Assembly (NCBI RefSeq): GCF_018977255.1
Contig: NW_024704742.1
Location: 81,036,001-81,100,000 of the forward strand
DNA: 64,000 nt
Direction of reading: 5' to 3'
Source: Callorhinchus milii
Lineage: Eukaryota
In this document: piece after piece, positions 38,601 through 51,150 of the stretch
Position numbering within the stretch: the first letter of the stretch is position 1
Layout of the letters: each line of letters opens with the position of its first letter
Made by a program: the position numbers and the translations under genes
Notes under the pieces: model-generated
The model's input: only the letters and a program-made list of their open reading frames with translations
Databases searched by the model: none
Told to the model about the DNA's origin: nothing

Positions 38601-39145
38601 GTAATAAACAGCGGATAAAGAATGTTCTGTATGAAAGACTCAAATTTAATGTATCATGCTATGAAAGTCAGGAAATGAGGATTTCCAACCAATTTCAAAA
38701 GGTAGATCCTTGTTCAAATCTTGCTACAGATAAATCGTTGTTACCAAGTCCTGAAATCTCCCTCAATCTTTAAACACAGTAGCTGTATAAATAGATCAGG
38801 TGCTTCTCTGCAGTGTTTCCAGATAACTGTTCACCCAGTTTTTACTTTTATTTCTTTGGTACTTCTCCATTCTGGTGGATCTGAGAAAACACAAGTCTAG
38901 TGATGCTGGAAAACCCAATCCAAATATTGATGAAAGAACATTTCGTCCTTTGCTTCGGCTTGAAAGCAGTTGCAGTTCCTGAGATAACTAACATGCCGTC
39001 TGGATTTGGTTAAGGAGTGGGATTTTTCTCCCAGCTCCACTCCTCTTCCTCATTCCTTCATCCTCGTTTGGGGAGCGGGGAGAGGAGGCAAGCGGAAATG
39101 GGGTCTCTTTGGGGCTGAGCTGGCTCCAAGGTGACAAGTTTGGCA

Positions 39146-39159
39146 ATGGAATTTCATAA
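39146..39159 (+). CDS. Candidate alternative first coding exon MEFH(K/N), phase 2
   Basis: gcaATGG context and donor AA|GTAAGT after a GC-richer UTR-like stretch. Confidence 0.35.
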
Positions 39160-39962
39160 GTAAGTCAACTCTCTGTGGTGGTCATGGAAATCTGGTTCTT
39201 TGTAACTTTGCATGTTTGCAGTAGTCTTGGGCACCTCTGTTGTCAAACTAGCCAGAATTAAGTAAGTAGAGTGCAACCCTTCAGGAAGAGAGTGCTCATT
39301 CCATTCCAGACATCGGAATTTCCGTGTGTACATGGCAGAAATATGTGGAATTCTAACTTTAGTTTGGATACTTTTTTAAAAAAATGTGATGGGTTGCCAA
39401 ATATTACAGATACCCACCTACCCCTAGCCCCCCCCCCCCCCCACCCACCACCCCCCCCCCCACCCCACACACACAAAATCATATTATCTGCTAATATCAG
39501 ACCAACAATACCTTGCTTCAATGTTCGTCAAAGTAGCTTTGTTTAGAGTCTCTTACAAGAAAGCAACCTGTGAATCTAACTTTCAGAGATTTTGTAATGT
39601 GGAATGTATTCATCACCTAAGCTCAGCTAAGCTCAAAGTCAAGGAAATGGAGGGTGCGTTACTGTCTTCTGTTTGTTTTTTGTTTGTTTGTTTCTTTAGA
39701 GACTGAAAGTTGAGATTTCAGTTGACGATCCTTGTGGCAGCATTGCCAACATTACTCGACACTGGAATTTCTCCTTTTTAAACACGTGGTGTCAAAGTTA
39801 CTACTGTATAGTAAACACCTGATAAACTATACAGTAAACAACTGTTTGTCGGACACTGCTGTGCACAATTGACTGCCCCGTTTGTCCACAAATACAGTCA
39901 ATTCATTTTACAATATATTTTGTGAAGCTCTTTGAGACATCTCAACGACATGATATATCAAA

Positions 39963-40757
39963 TGCAACAACAACAATTTGCATTTATATAGTGTCCTCCA
40001 TGCAGGGTGCGTCTCAGAGTGCTTAACAGTGACTGAGCCTGACTCCGAGCTGGGGGAAGTATCCGTAAGCAAGGTTGAAGAGGAAGGTTTTCGGGTGGAA
40101 CGTGAAAAAGGGGAGAGAGGAGGGCAAGGCGGAGTGAATGAGGGAGAGTGTTCCAGAGTTTCGGGGCTGACAGCTCAAATTCCGATGGTGGGGCGGAGAG
40201 TGCGAGGGAGAAGCAGGCTGCTGGTGCCAGTCGAGCGGAGGCACCAGGTGATGGATTGGGGAGTGAGGCAGTTGGAAAGGTAGGGAGGTGCCAGAGCGTG
40301 AACACGAGTGTGAGGATCTTGATGGGGAGACCAGTGGAGCCTGGCCAGAACTGGTGAGATGTGGGTACAGAGTTTGGTCCGGGTAAATATGCAGCAGAGT
40401 TCTGAATGAGCTCGATCTTTTGAATAGTGGAGCTGGGAGACTGCCGAGGTTTGTGTTGGAGTAGGAGTAGTGTCCAGGTGGGAGGTGACAAAGGCATGCA
40501 CGAGGGTTTAGGCTGCATTTGGGGTAAGGTACAGTCGGAGACAGGCAATATGCAGAGGTGAAAGAAAGCGGTCCTTGCCATGGACCTGATGTGGGGGATC
40601 AAGGACAGATGGGTTTTGAACCGGTTAACTAGATTGCGCATTGGTTCGGTGAGTTTGAGGGAGAGCCCAAGGAGGTTGAGGAGTTCAGATCCGCAGGAGT
40701 GAAAACATTGACGAGAGCATGGCTTCTGTCTTGTCCACATTCAGCTGCAGGAAGTTT
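39963..40757 (-). mobile_element. L2 3' part inserted in the tail of a + strand SINE (39840-39963; tail resumes at 40759)
   Basis: HIRSMARTAFFHL, ELIQNSAA, HISPVLARLHW, APKLWNTLP, (TTG)n tail. Confidence 0.9.
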
Positions 40758-40898
40758 ACAAGTATTATTATTATTAATGTTTACTGTTTACAACTCAACC
40801 CTGTCTTAGTTTGTTACAACCACATAAGTCATCATGCTGTCAATATCCTAGCCACATTTATTCATGTTTATTAATTACATATATGCCTAACTTGCCAC

Positions 40899-40951
40899 TC
40901 CAGATAACTTGTCACTGAGTCATTTTCCTTTGGAGTGACAAGTTATCAGGA
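40899..40951. repeat. Hairpin with 18-bp stem and 17-nt loop
   Basis: tccagataacttgtcact / agtgacaagttatcagga (17 of 18 complementary). Confidence 0.8.
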
Positions 40952-42473
40952 ATTTATAGTATATGGAACTCCAACTGGGGCTTTCGTTCTCATGATTCAA
41001 ATCTGGCTCAGTGGAGTGAAAATGCCTTGTGCATTGTGGGAATCGCATCATCAAAAAAGTTTGATACAAATCAGCTTTTAATTATCAACAGAGCTTTGCC
41101 AACTCCTACGCAGTGGTCTGGCCTGAAGCTGGCAAGGTTCTCTGTGTGCTGTCATCTTTGTTGTCTTTGTTGTCACTGCCCGCGATCGCAGCGTTTGCTC
41201 TCAAAATATGGCTTGAACTTTTAATGAGTTATGCCATTACTGTATCGAGCAGCACTGAGAGGCAGCTGTTAGTGGTGGTGACAAATAAGATGGCGGCATA
41301 TATAGAATGTGGCAAAACAATGTGTAAAAGTTGTCTGGGTAGAGGGTGTTCATTCCCAAAGCTATTGATAGCTAAGGACAAGTTAGGATGGCAGATTTTG
41401 TCCAATGTGATAATCGTTTCCAGCAATAACGAACACATTACATGTGCATTTGACACTCCCATTATTAGGTAAGCATTGTTGTTGAGAGCTATGCACAGCT
41501 CCTTTAACAATGAGAAAATGCCACCAGTAGCCAACATCACCAAAAGTGATGCGTGAAACGCTGCCCGGAATTTTTCCCATCAAATGGGAAAATAAATCAT
41601 TACTGATACTGAGATAACAAGAGGGCCTTATAATCCTTGCAAATAAATAATCCTTGTATTTGATATAGCGCGATTCATGTAAGAAGGCCATCTCAAAAAG
41701 CTTCACTGGATTTACTGTAAAGTGTAATGACTAGTGGCTGCGTATTTTGTAGGCGAGCACAGCAGCTAAATTGCACAAAGCAATGTCTCACCAACAGCCA
41801 TGAAGTGAATGACCAATTTTATCTTGGGGGATTGTTGGCCAGACGCCAGGAGAAACTTCCTTCCTGCACAATGGGGAGAAAGGAAGCACTTAGACCCACT
41901 AGAACACCTTGATCCGGAAATTAGCCATAGGTAATCTGCCTGATTTATATAACTATCTCACTACATCTCCCCTCTCGAGCCCCCACCCCACCCCACTTCC
42001 TCATCCATTAAGTTGGAATCACTAGCAACTTTCAACAGTAAACAAATGTGAAAAGTCCACTTGTAGTTTAGAGAGTAATTTTTTGTATTAATAAAGCAAT
42101 CAATTGAGAAAAGCCCTTTCTTGCAGAGCTGATTTGTGATGATAAATAGAGGGGCCCTGTTCAATGTAATATGAAGAGAAATTAGTTCTTGAGTGAATGG
42201 AGCCTAGTATATTCACCAGTCTGTGGTGAGGGAGGGGGGGCGGGTCTGTAAATATTTAAACAATGTTTGAATGTACATTACTGTACTGTTTCCTGAGATT
42301 TTCTTTTCGTATTCTTTAGAATCAATAGGTTATACTTCACAAATTCACAGGAGTTTTTTTCAGGGCCTAACTTGAATTAGTGGCCAATGGTTAATCCTGA
42401 GGTTTTGTTTACTTGGAGATACAGATGTGAGGTTTTTAAAGAAAGCCAATAAAATTGATGACAGGTGGGAATT

Positions 42474-42755
42474 TCATAGAATCATAGAATCCTACAGCAC
42501 AGGAAGGGGCCATTCAGCCTATTGTGCCCAAGCCGGCACTTTGAAAGAGCTATCGAACTACAACAACAACAACAAGATTCCATTTATTGAGCGCCTTTCA
42601 CGTCGGGAGGACGTCCCAAGGCGCTGTACAGTTGGGTCAGGACCCGAGCAGGGGGGAAATGGTCAGGGTGAGGGGAGGGAAGGGAGGGAGCGAGGAGGGG
42701 GTAGAGAGTCGAGAGGGGAGCTGAAGGCACTAGTGCCACTACCCCGCTCCAAGGT
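42474..42755 (-). mobile_element. CR1 3' tail with a nested L2 3' end (42558-42730)
   Basis: (tcatagaa)2 ...ggccattcagcc; (caa)n..gcgcctttcacgtcgggaggacgtcccaaggcgc. Confidence 0.8.
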
Positions 42756-42809
42756 CTTGATCTCCTTCCCAGAGGGTATAAAAATATATATATTGAAAAC
42801 ACTGTGTGA

Positions 42810-45458
42810 GAAGATGATGTGGCAAGTGAAATGCGAGGACTATGACATGTGGGAATTAATGGAGGGCGCCCTGAGCCCGGGCAACTTCATCTGCAGCAAG
42901 TGTCTGCAACTCAGGAAGCTCCAGCTAAGAGTAATAATAATAATAATCCTTGCATTTGATATAGCGCTTTTCACGTCTTCAAGAAATTCTTCAAAGCTTC
43001 TTCAAAGCGCTTCACGGAATATACTATAAAGTGAATTGACTGTATATTTGTGGGCGAACACGGCAGCCAATTGCGCACAGCAATGTCCCACAAACAGCAG
43101 TGGATTGAAAATGACCAATTTATTATTGTTTTTTGTTTTGGAGGGATTATTATTAGGTGTGTGGAGTAAGGAAACTTGCCCAAGGTTTCGCCCTGCCTGG
43201 AATTGAAGTCAGGTCTCTCACTTGCAAAGCGAGTGCTCTAACCACTGAGCTACAGGACTCCGCTGAGAGTAGCTGAGCTGGAAGCCGAGGTGCAGACACT
43301 TGCTCCATCAGGGACAGTGAAAGGTTCCTGGACAGTATGTTGGAGGAAACCATCACTCCCCTGAGGCTTGGGAGATGCTTCATCTGGTTAATTGTCAGGG
43401 ACAGGATAGTTTTATCAGTCCTGCAGATAATGGGACCCCTGAAAGAGGGGTGATGGAGCCTTGGGCTTCAAACTTGTACAATGGATGTGAGGATTTGATG
43501 GACCAGACACTTCAGGAGGTGGCCCCCCAACAGCCACCGAGGATTCAGACGGAAAATGACTGGGTGACTGTCAGGCATGGTAGGAAAAGGGGACAGGCAG
43601 AATGTCCCCAATAGTGTAGCACTCTCAAAACGGTATTCTGCACTGAACATTGATAGTGTTGATATCTCCAGGGAAGACAGTAAAAAACGATTGGTTGAAC
43701 AGGGGGACATAGGTGACAGGAGCAATGCTGTTGTCATAGGGGATACAACAGTGAGAGATACAGACAGGCATTTCTGTAACAGAAGACGGGAGTCAAAGAT
43801 GGTATGTTGCCTCCCTGGTGCAGCGGTCTTAGACATCACGGAACGGGTGGATAAAATTCTTCAGGGGGAAGGGGAACATCCAGAAGTGGTGATCCCGGTT
43901 GGGATCCATGATATTGGTAAAAAAAAAAGGGCTGAGACGCTACAGGGTGAATATCAAAAGCTGGTGAAAAAACTAAAGACTAGAACATCCAAGGTGGTGA
44001 TCTCTGGATTACTCCCTGTGCCTCTGGCGAATAAGTACCATAAAGGCAGGATCAAGCATATGAATACTTGGCTGGAGAAATGGTCCAGAAAAGAGGGCTT
44101 CAGGATTCTGGATCATTGGGACCAGTTCTGGGGCAGGTGGGACCTGTACCATATGAATGGGTTACACCTAAACAGGGCTGGGGCGAATGTGCTTGCAGAC
44201 AGGCTAACTAATGCTGTAGGGGAGGGTTTAAACACGTTTTGAAGGGAGAAGGGAATGCAAAAAACAAAGGGCTAGAAAATGGAGAAATAAAATGGGGGGA
44301 AGTGCAGAACCAGGTCAAGTTGGTCTTAGAGTGCATGTGCCTAAATGCACAGAGTTTAGCAAACAAGATTTGGTGAGCTGCAAGCTCAAGTGGTCATAGG
44401 GGGATATGATGCAGTAGCAGTAACAGAGACTTGGCTCAAGCAAGAACAGGAATGGGAGCTGAATATTCCCGGCTACAATGTATTCAGGAGGGATAGGGAC
44501 GGAAACAAAGAGGGGGTGTGGCAATGTTAATCAAGGATACGGTTATAGCCTTGGAAAGGGTCGAGGTGCTGGAGGGCCCCAAAACAGAATCTATCTGGTT
44601 AGAGTTAAGGAATAAAAAAGGAGCTGTTAAGCTGGTAGGGGTCCACCAAATAATGGGAAGGAAATAGATGAGCAGATCTGCAAGCAGATCTCAGACAGAT
44701 GCAAGGCCAATAGAGTTGTGAAAATGGGGGACTTTAATCATCCCAACATAGACTGGCAAAACAACAGTGCAAAGGGCAAGGAGGGGAAAATATTCCTAAA
44801 ATGCATACATGACAACTTTCTTGATCAGTACGTTTCCAGCCCAACGAGGAAGGAAGCAGTCCTGGATCTAGTTCTGGGGAATGAAGCAGAGCAAGTGGAG
44901 CAGGTTTCAATGGAAGAGCATCTGGGCAATAGTGATCATAACATCATTAGATTCAGAGTGCATATGGAAAGAGACAAGGAACCATCTAAGGTGAAGATAT
45001 TCAACTGGAAGAGGACAAATTTCAGTGAGTTAAAAAGGGACCTAGCCAAGGTGGACTGGAAAGAAAGATTGGCAGGTAAAACAACTAAAGAGCAGTGGGA
45101 AGTCTTCAAGGATGAGATAGCTCGGGGACAGAATAAATACATTCCCACAAAAGGGAAAAGTAGGGCTTCCAAACCTCCCTGGATGACAAAGGTAATTGTA
45201 TCTTGAATGAAGCAGAAAAGGGAGGCATATGATAAATGTCAAACCCAAGATACAGAAGACAACCAAATAGAATATAGTAAGTGCAGAAGAGAACTGAAAA
45301 AGGAAATAAGAGGGGCAAAAAGATTATATGAAAAAGGGTTAGAGGGTAACATTAAATGGAATTCTAAAATATTTTACAAACATATCAAGAAAAAAAGGTT
45401 AGTCAAAGGTAGTGTGGGACCAATTAAGGACCAAGGGGGAAATCTTATTGTGGAGGCA
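42810..45458 (+). mobile_element. CR1 LINE 5' half: ORF1 (Cys-rich/leucine zipper plus SGNH esterase) and ORF2 endonuclease, decayed
   Basis: CEDYDMWE..FICSKCLQL; VVIGDTTVR..VCCLPGA..GLHLNRAG (43577-44242); MGDFNHPNIDW, LDLVLGNE, LGNSDHN (44718-45206); ends at GNLIVEA. Confidence 0.93.
42934..43261 (-). mobile_element. Young chimeric tRNA-SINE inserted in CR1 ORF1, with TSD
   Basis: Reverse match to 14924-15228; GCTAAGAGTA (42924-42933) / GCTGAGAGTA (43262-43271). Confidence 0.93.
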
Positions 45459-45549
45459 TACCACTATTTATAAAGCCAAGGATCCCATATGCTTTTTAAC
45501 AGCTTCACCAACTTGCCTCCCACCTTCATGTCTCCCCATATGCCTCTGA

Positions 45550-46020
45550 AGCAGAGGTTGTGGTTCAAGTCCCTTGCCAGACTTTGAACTCATACAGTCT
45601 GGGCTGATACTGCACTCACTCATAAGGCAATGCATTCCCCATGAATGCAGTGGTGGGGGTGTGCTGTATTGTCGGAAGTACCATACTTCGGATGACCATT
45701 AAACCAAGGTCCCATCTGCCTGTTCAGATGGAAGTTAAAGATCAGAAGGCACAATTCAAGATGAGAAAGGAGTTTTTCTAGTTTCCTAGTCAACAATCCC
45801 CCAAACAAATTGTCACTCACTTCATGGATGTTAAGTGCTCTGGGAAGCTGCCTTGTGTGAGGGGCGGTATATAAATTCAAGTTGTTGCTGTTTGTGGGAC
45901 ATTATTATGGTCAAATTAGCTGCCTCAGTTGCCTACAAAATACTACACTGTACAGTATATCTTGTGAAGTACTTTGACAGGTTCTCCCAATGTGAAAGTT
46001 ACTATATCATTTGTAAGCTT
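45550..46020 (+). mobile_element. Deu-domain SINE with a nested L2 tail (about 45830-45890)
   Basis: ttaaaccaaggtcccatctgcctgttcagatgga core. Confidence 0.75.
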
Positions 46021-46114
46021 TTTTTAAAAATTATATATTTCTTGTCTCAGTTTTTGTTACCAGTACAGTCAGAATTGCAGTATTTCTAAATGGATTATTT
46101 TCCTTATTTAATCA

Positions 46115-46848
46115 CAATAATAATCCTTGCAATTGGTATAGCGCCTTATCACATTGTTTTAATATCTCAAAGTGCTTCACAGGATATACTGTAAAGTAGA
46201 TATCACTGTGTATTTTGTGGGCAAAATGCAGCAGCCAATTGCATACAGCAATGTCCCACAAACAGCCATTGAGTGTGTGACCAATTTTATTTGGGGAATT
46301 GTTAGCCAGGACACCAGGACAAACCCCCTTCTCTTTTTGAATAGTGCCATGGAAATTTTAACATCCAGCTGAACAGGCCATAAGATCATAAGACCATAAG
46401 ACATAGGAACAGGAGAGGTCATTCGGCCCCTCGAGCCTGCCCTGCCATTTAATAATATCATGGCTTATCTTCTAACCTAATTCCATTTACCCACCCTAAC
46501 CCCATATCCCTTAAACCCTCTATCCTTTGGAAATCTATCAATGAATATGTTCAAGTACTGAGCATCCACAGACTTTTGTGGTGGAGAATTCCACAAATTC
46601 CACAAGCATATGAGACCTTGGTTTAATACCTCATCCAAAGAATGGCATCTCCAACAATGCAACACACCCTCAGCACTGCATTGGAATGTCAGTTTAGAGA
46701 GACTGAGCAATTCCAAATCTCGACATGGAGCTTGATCCAGCATCTTGTGATGTCCTTCCAATGTGAAAGGCGCTGTACAAATGTAATTTTGTTGTTGAAC
46801 CCACAACCTTCTGAGTCGGAAGCGACAGTGCTACCACTGAGCAAGGCT
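46115..46848 (-). mobile_element. Deu-domain SINE containing a CR1 tail (46380-46600, -) and an L2 tail (46735-46797, +)
   Basis: SINE breaks at tgaacaggc and resumes at tgagaccttggtttaa; insert starts (cataaga)n..ggtcattcggcccctcgagcc. Confidence 0.82.
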
Positions 46849-47569
46849 AAAATTTGCTTTAAAATATCCTCCCTTGCTTAGTTTCTATAGTGCATAATTC
46901 CTGCTGAAAGTGTTCTGAATCACTATCTTGGATTCCCAGTGCTTTCGAAGCAGGGGTGATGTTACATTATAGGATATCGGGTTAGCTAAGACTGCCTGTT
47001 ATTTCAAGACCATGATGCTGCAATGTACAGAATCTATGCTTAACTCTTGACTCTGATGTGTCCCACCAGGGAGAGAATGTGGATCATATTCCCCACAAAA
47101 ATCTCTGGAATTTCTTTGTACGGGTGGGATGCATGGATCTCTGTTGATTTGGATACTTTTAAGTATGTTGATGGGTTTCCACATGTGTCAGACACCTGGC
47201 TGACCGAAAAAAAATCTTGAACACTGGAAATGGATTGCAATGGAGTTACGTTTCTATGATTCAGCAAGATGTAGTTCCACTTGCCAGAAGGAGGTCTCAG
47301 AAAGGAATCCCATTTGAAATTGCCACAATTTAGATCTCATGAGCGCTTTGCTCATCAAGGTTATTACTGTGGATTATCATCCTTCTATTATACAGTTTTG
47401 CTTTGTTAATCGGTGATGGAAGAGATACATAAAATGCCAATACATCTAATTATGAGGCCATGATATCTGGTCTCACTGTGCATACACACAGCTAGTCAAT
47501 TTGCTTCCTGTGATCCCACTGTTTCCGCACTAAAATAAATGGTCAACTTCCAGTTCATGAGGTCACTGC

Positions 47570-48210
47570 TGACATCCCTTCCCGCCTGTTGAGCGGAGGG
47601 AACGGATGGGTTGATATGGGGTCAGCAGATTGCAGATAGGGAGGGGCAAGACCGTGGAGGGCCTTGAAGGCGAGCACGAGGATTTTGAACTCTATCCTAT
47701 GGGAAATGAGGAGCCAGTGGAGCCGGGCGAGTGTGGGGGTGATGGGCCATGGAGACTGGTGCGGGAGAGGACATGAGCTGCAGAGTTCTGAATGATCTGC
47801 AACATACGCTTTGATGTTAAAGCTGATATTTCAAAAGCAAGAATTTTCATCAGCCATCTGACCTCAAAGGTTAACATCTGTTGAATTGATGTTGTGTAAC
47901 AATTAGAGTCTAGCCCGATTATAATGAGTAGGTGAGGAGAGGAAAATTGTCCGAAACTGGTCAAAGAGGTAGGTGTTGAGCGGGTCTTAGAATGAAGTGA
48001 GGGAGGAACGACTCAGGGCGATAAGGTGTTGGGCCAAAAAGGCTGAAAAGCCCACCCATCTTGGATTGGGGTGGGGGGGTTACATAAGCCAGGGAACATG
48101 ATACAAGCCAGCGCTCGTTGAGTAAAAGGAACGGCCAATTTGATAGAGATTAAAGAGATCACAGAGGTAGGGTGGCATGCGACTGTGGAGGAATTTAAAA
48201 GATTTAAATT
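47570..48210 (-). mobile_element. L2 fragments
   Basis: Reverse 'LQIIQNSAAHVL'; gagccagtggagccgggcgag. Confidence 0.7.
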
Positions 48211-48299
48211 CAAAGAAACTAGTGTTATAACAAAGTACATTATATTGCATTAGAGAATTGAACAGATGTTGACCTTGGATATTCACACGGCTGATAATA

Positions 48300-48740
48300 A
48301 TTCTTCTTTTTGAAATAGTATACTTTAACATCCAAACATCTCTTAAGTGATTCACAAGGAATTGCTGTTCTATTGTAGTGACTTCATTAGTATGTGAACG
48401 CTGAAGGCAATGTGGCATAGCAATGACCCACAGTCATGAAATGAATCATCAGTCTATTCTGAGAATTGCTGGCCAGGACACCAGGAGAAACTACTCCTTT
48501 TGAATAGTTTGCCTACAAATACACAATCACCTCAGTTTACAGCAAAATCCCAAGAAGCACTTTGAGACATCTCGAAGACACGATTAGACATACTATCAAA
48601 TGCAAGGATTATTAATTATTATAATTATTATAATCTTTTTTATCTCATGGGATCTTTAACATCCACCTGATGGATCTTGTTTAAAGTCTGATTTGAAAGA
48701 TAGCAACTCTGACAATGCAGCTCTCTCCTCCCACCAGCAC
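48300..48740 (-). mobile_element. Deu-SINE with a nested + strand SINE tail (48508-48620)
   Basis: ggccaggacaccaggagaaac..catgggatctttaacatccacctga. Confidence 0.7.
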
Positions 48741-49134
48741 TGGACTGATGAATTGATACGAAAGAAGGTTGTTGAAATGTGTTAACTAGCACATGGAATG
48801 GGTTAAGAAACACCTACAACTTTGTCCCAATCACTTAATTTTCACATACACTGTTTAATGAAAGACCGAGCTGTATTCTGAGAATTGTTCCCAGCCTCCA
48901 ACCCTGGTCAGCTGGCCACTTGCAAGTGTTTTTGTTAAACCTTCTAATGCAGAATTATGAGCACATTCCCTGTGGTTTTCTTCCCTACTAGCAAGAAGCC
49001 AGCTGGCCTGGCAGGAGATTGAAGACTGGAAGCAGAGCACTGAGTTACACCTCAGTACTTCATTAAAAAATGCGGGTGATAATTAAGTGATAGGAGCAAC
49101 GTTAATGGACATTTCTTAAACCATTCCTTCAACA

Positions 49135-49960
49135 GATTACATTTATGTAGAACTTTTCATGTTGGGAGGATATCCCAAGGTGCTGGACAGTCGAGCATTT
49201 GCACCTGAGCTGGGAGTTGGATTTGGGAGGGATGAGACCAAAGGAGTCTGTACCTTTATGAACAGAGCACTCGTCTCACAAACGAAAGGACCTGGGTTCG
49301 ATTCCCTGCAGGACGAAACGTTGGGCAATCTCCTTATTCCACACGCCTCTGTTTAATTAGCAGTAAACTAGGAAACTGGTTATTAGTTGATTTGTGGATC
49401 GCTTTTCCGGAGGTAATAATCAGTTCAAAAATGCTTTTAAATTATAATAATTTAGTCACTAAATCCATGCCTGTTCGTGTGTAATTGGCTGCGCATTTCG
49501 TCCACAAAATATAGAGTCGATTCATTTTACAGTATATTCTGTGAAGCTCTTTGAGGTGTCTCGAAGACACAATAAGACTCTATATCAATTGCAAGGATTA
49601 TTATTATTAAAGGGTGTGGGGATGGGGTTAGGAAGATGACTGAAGGCGCAGTCAGAGGAGGTTTTCAGATGGACCTTCAAGGAGGCAATGGATGGAATTC
49701 CAGAGAGTGGGGCTAGAAAGCCTGGGAGTCTGAGCATTGGTGGTGGAGAAGTCCGAGCAGTGGACATAAAGTAGGCCAGTGCCTGCTGAATGGAGGGATT
49801 CGGAGGGGGATACACTTTAAGAAGGTGCAGCCAAACCATGGAGAGATTTAAAAGTGAGGACAAGGATTTTGAACTCAATCTTCTGGGAAAATGGGGAGCC
49901 ATTGGAGTTGGCAATGTTGGGGGTGGTAGGTAGGCTCACAGAGCCTAGTGTGGGATTAGG
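49135..49960 (-). mobile_element. L2 3' end split by a SINE
   Basis: Tail at 49135-49240; body resumes at 49610 (ctgaaggcgcagtc..ccttcaaggaggc). Confidence 0.8.
49243..49608 (+). mobile_element. Chimeric tRNA-SINE, long form (CAC loop)
   Basis: ctcacaaacga..gggttcgattccc..ccacacgcctctgtttaattagcagtaaactagg..ggatcgctttt. Confidence 0.88.
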
Positions 49961-50749
49961 TTAAGAAACTACTGCAAATGTTAAATTTTATCCCATTATT
50001 CAGAGCCAGGATCCCTGTGAAGCACAGCTTAATGAAACAAGCAACCAGAAATTGAAAAGAACGGAGGTGTGGAGGTTAGTAAGGGGAGAGCAGAGAATGC
50101 GAATGAATCCATTTATTTAGAATTGGATTTTATAAATGCTGTACTTTTAATAAATGTGGCATTTTATGGACTTTTAATGCTTGAAAAGTGAAGGTGCTGG
50201 AGTAGAAGGGCATGAACCTGTGATCATTAAGTCTAGTTGCTTGAGGGCATTTAAGGTGTGAAATTCCTTAATGGGAGCATTGATTTGGAGGAGGTGCAGA
50301 GTCATAGCCAGTGGGAAGATAGGCTGCAGAGTAACCATCAATGAGCATTTTTACAAGCACATACTTGCTATCCAAACAACAATTTGAACGCAAAATAGCA
50401 CCAGGATCACGGTTGGAGAAACAGCAGATGAGAAAACTTCTGAAAGGAAGGCCAGAATCAGCCATATCTCCAAATGGTGCTGGCAGGCAATCAATGTTTG
50501 CAAACTGCATGGTTTTAACTTCAACAGTACCCAAAACGTACTCTAGGGTTTCCAATCTTCGCTTCTTGCCACCCTGCATCTAAACTCTGTGGGATAAGAC
50601 ATACTGGGAGTGTGACTAAGGAGGTACTGCACACCACCATCCCAGACAAACAGAAATGTACTCCTCAAATTATATGGCTATTGCAAACATATAGATCCAA
50701 GAAACCACAAGAATTCACTCCATATATAGGAAATCCACCCAAGGATCCA

Positions 50750-51150
50750 CCCTCACTAAATCAGTTCAGAACCTTGGTGTCTTGGTTGACTCTCAATTAT
50801 CCTTTCTACCCCACATCCGTGTCATGACCTGCTCTGCCTTTCCCTACCTCCGCAACATCACCCGGCTCCGCCATTGTCTAACACGGCAGGCCTGTGTTTT
50901 TCACCCTCTTACATGCATTCATAACATCCAGGCTTGACTATGCAAACTCCCTGCTTGTCGGCCTTCCCAACTCCTCCCTCCATAGGCTGCAGATCATCCA
51001 GAACTCACCAGGCTCCGTGACCTTATCACCTCCATCCTCACCCGACTCCATTGACTTGCCAACACCACACAGAGGATACAGTTCAAGATCCTAGTCCTCA
51101 CCTTCAAAGCACTCCAGGCCTTGCTCCCCCCTAACTCTGCAACCTCCTAA
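50750..51150 (+). mobile_element. L2 ORF2 fragment
   Basis: [35 protein letters not shown]. Confidence 0.87.

Noticed and set aside
43577..44242. 221-aa SGNH/GDSL esterase ORF as a host gene
   Set aside because: It is the known esterase domain of CR1 ORF1, lying between the Cys-rich region and the endonuclease.
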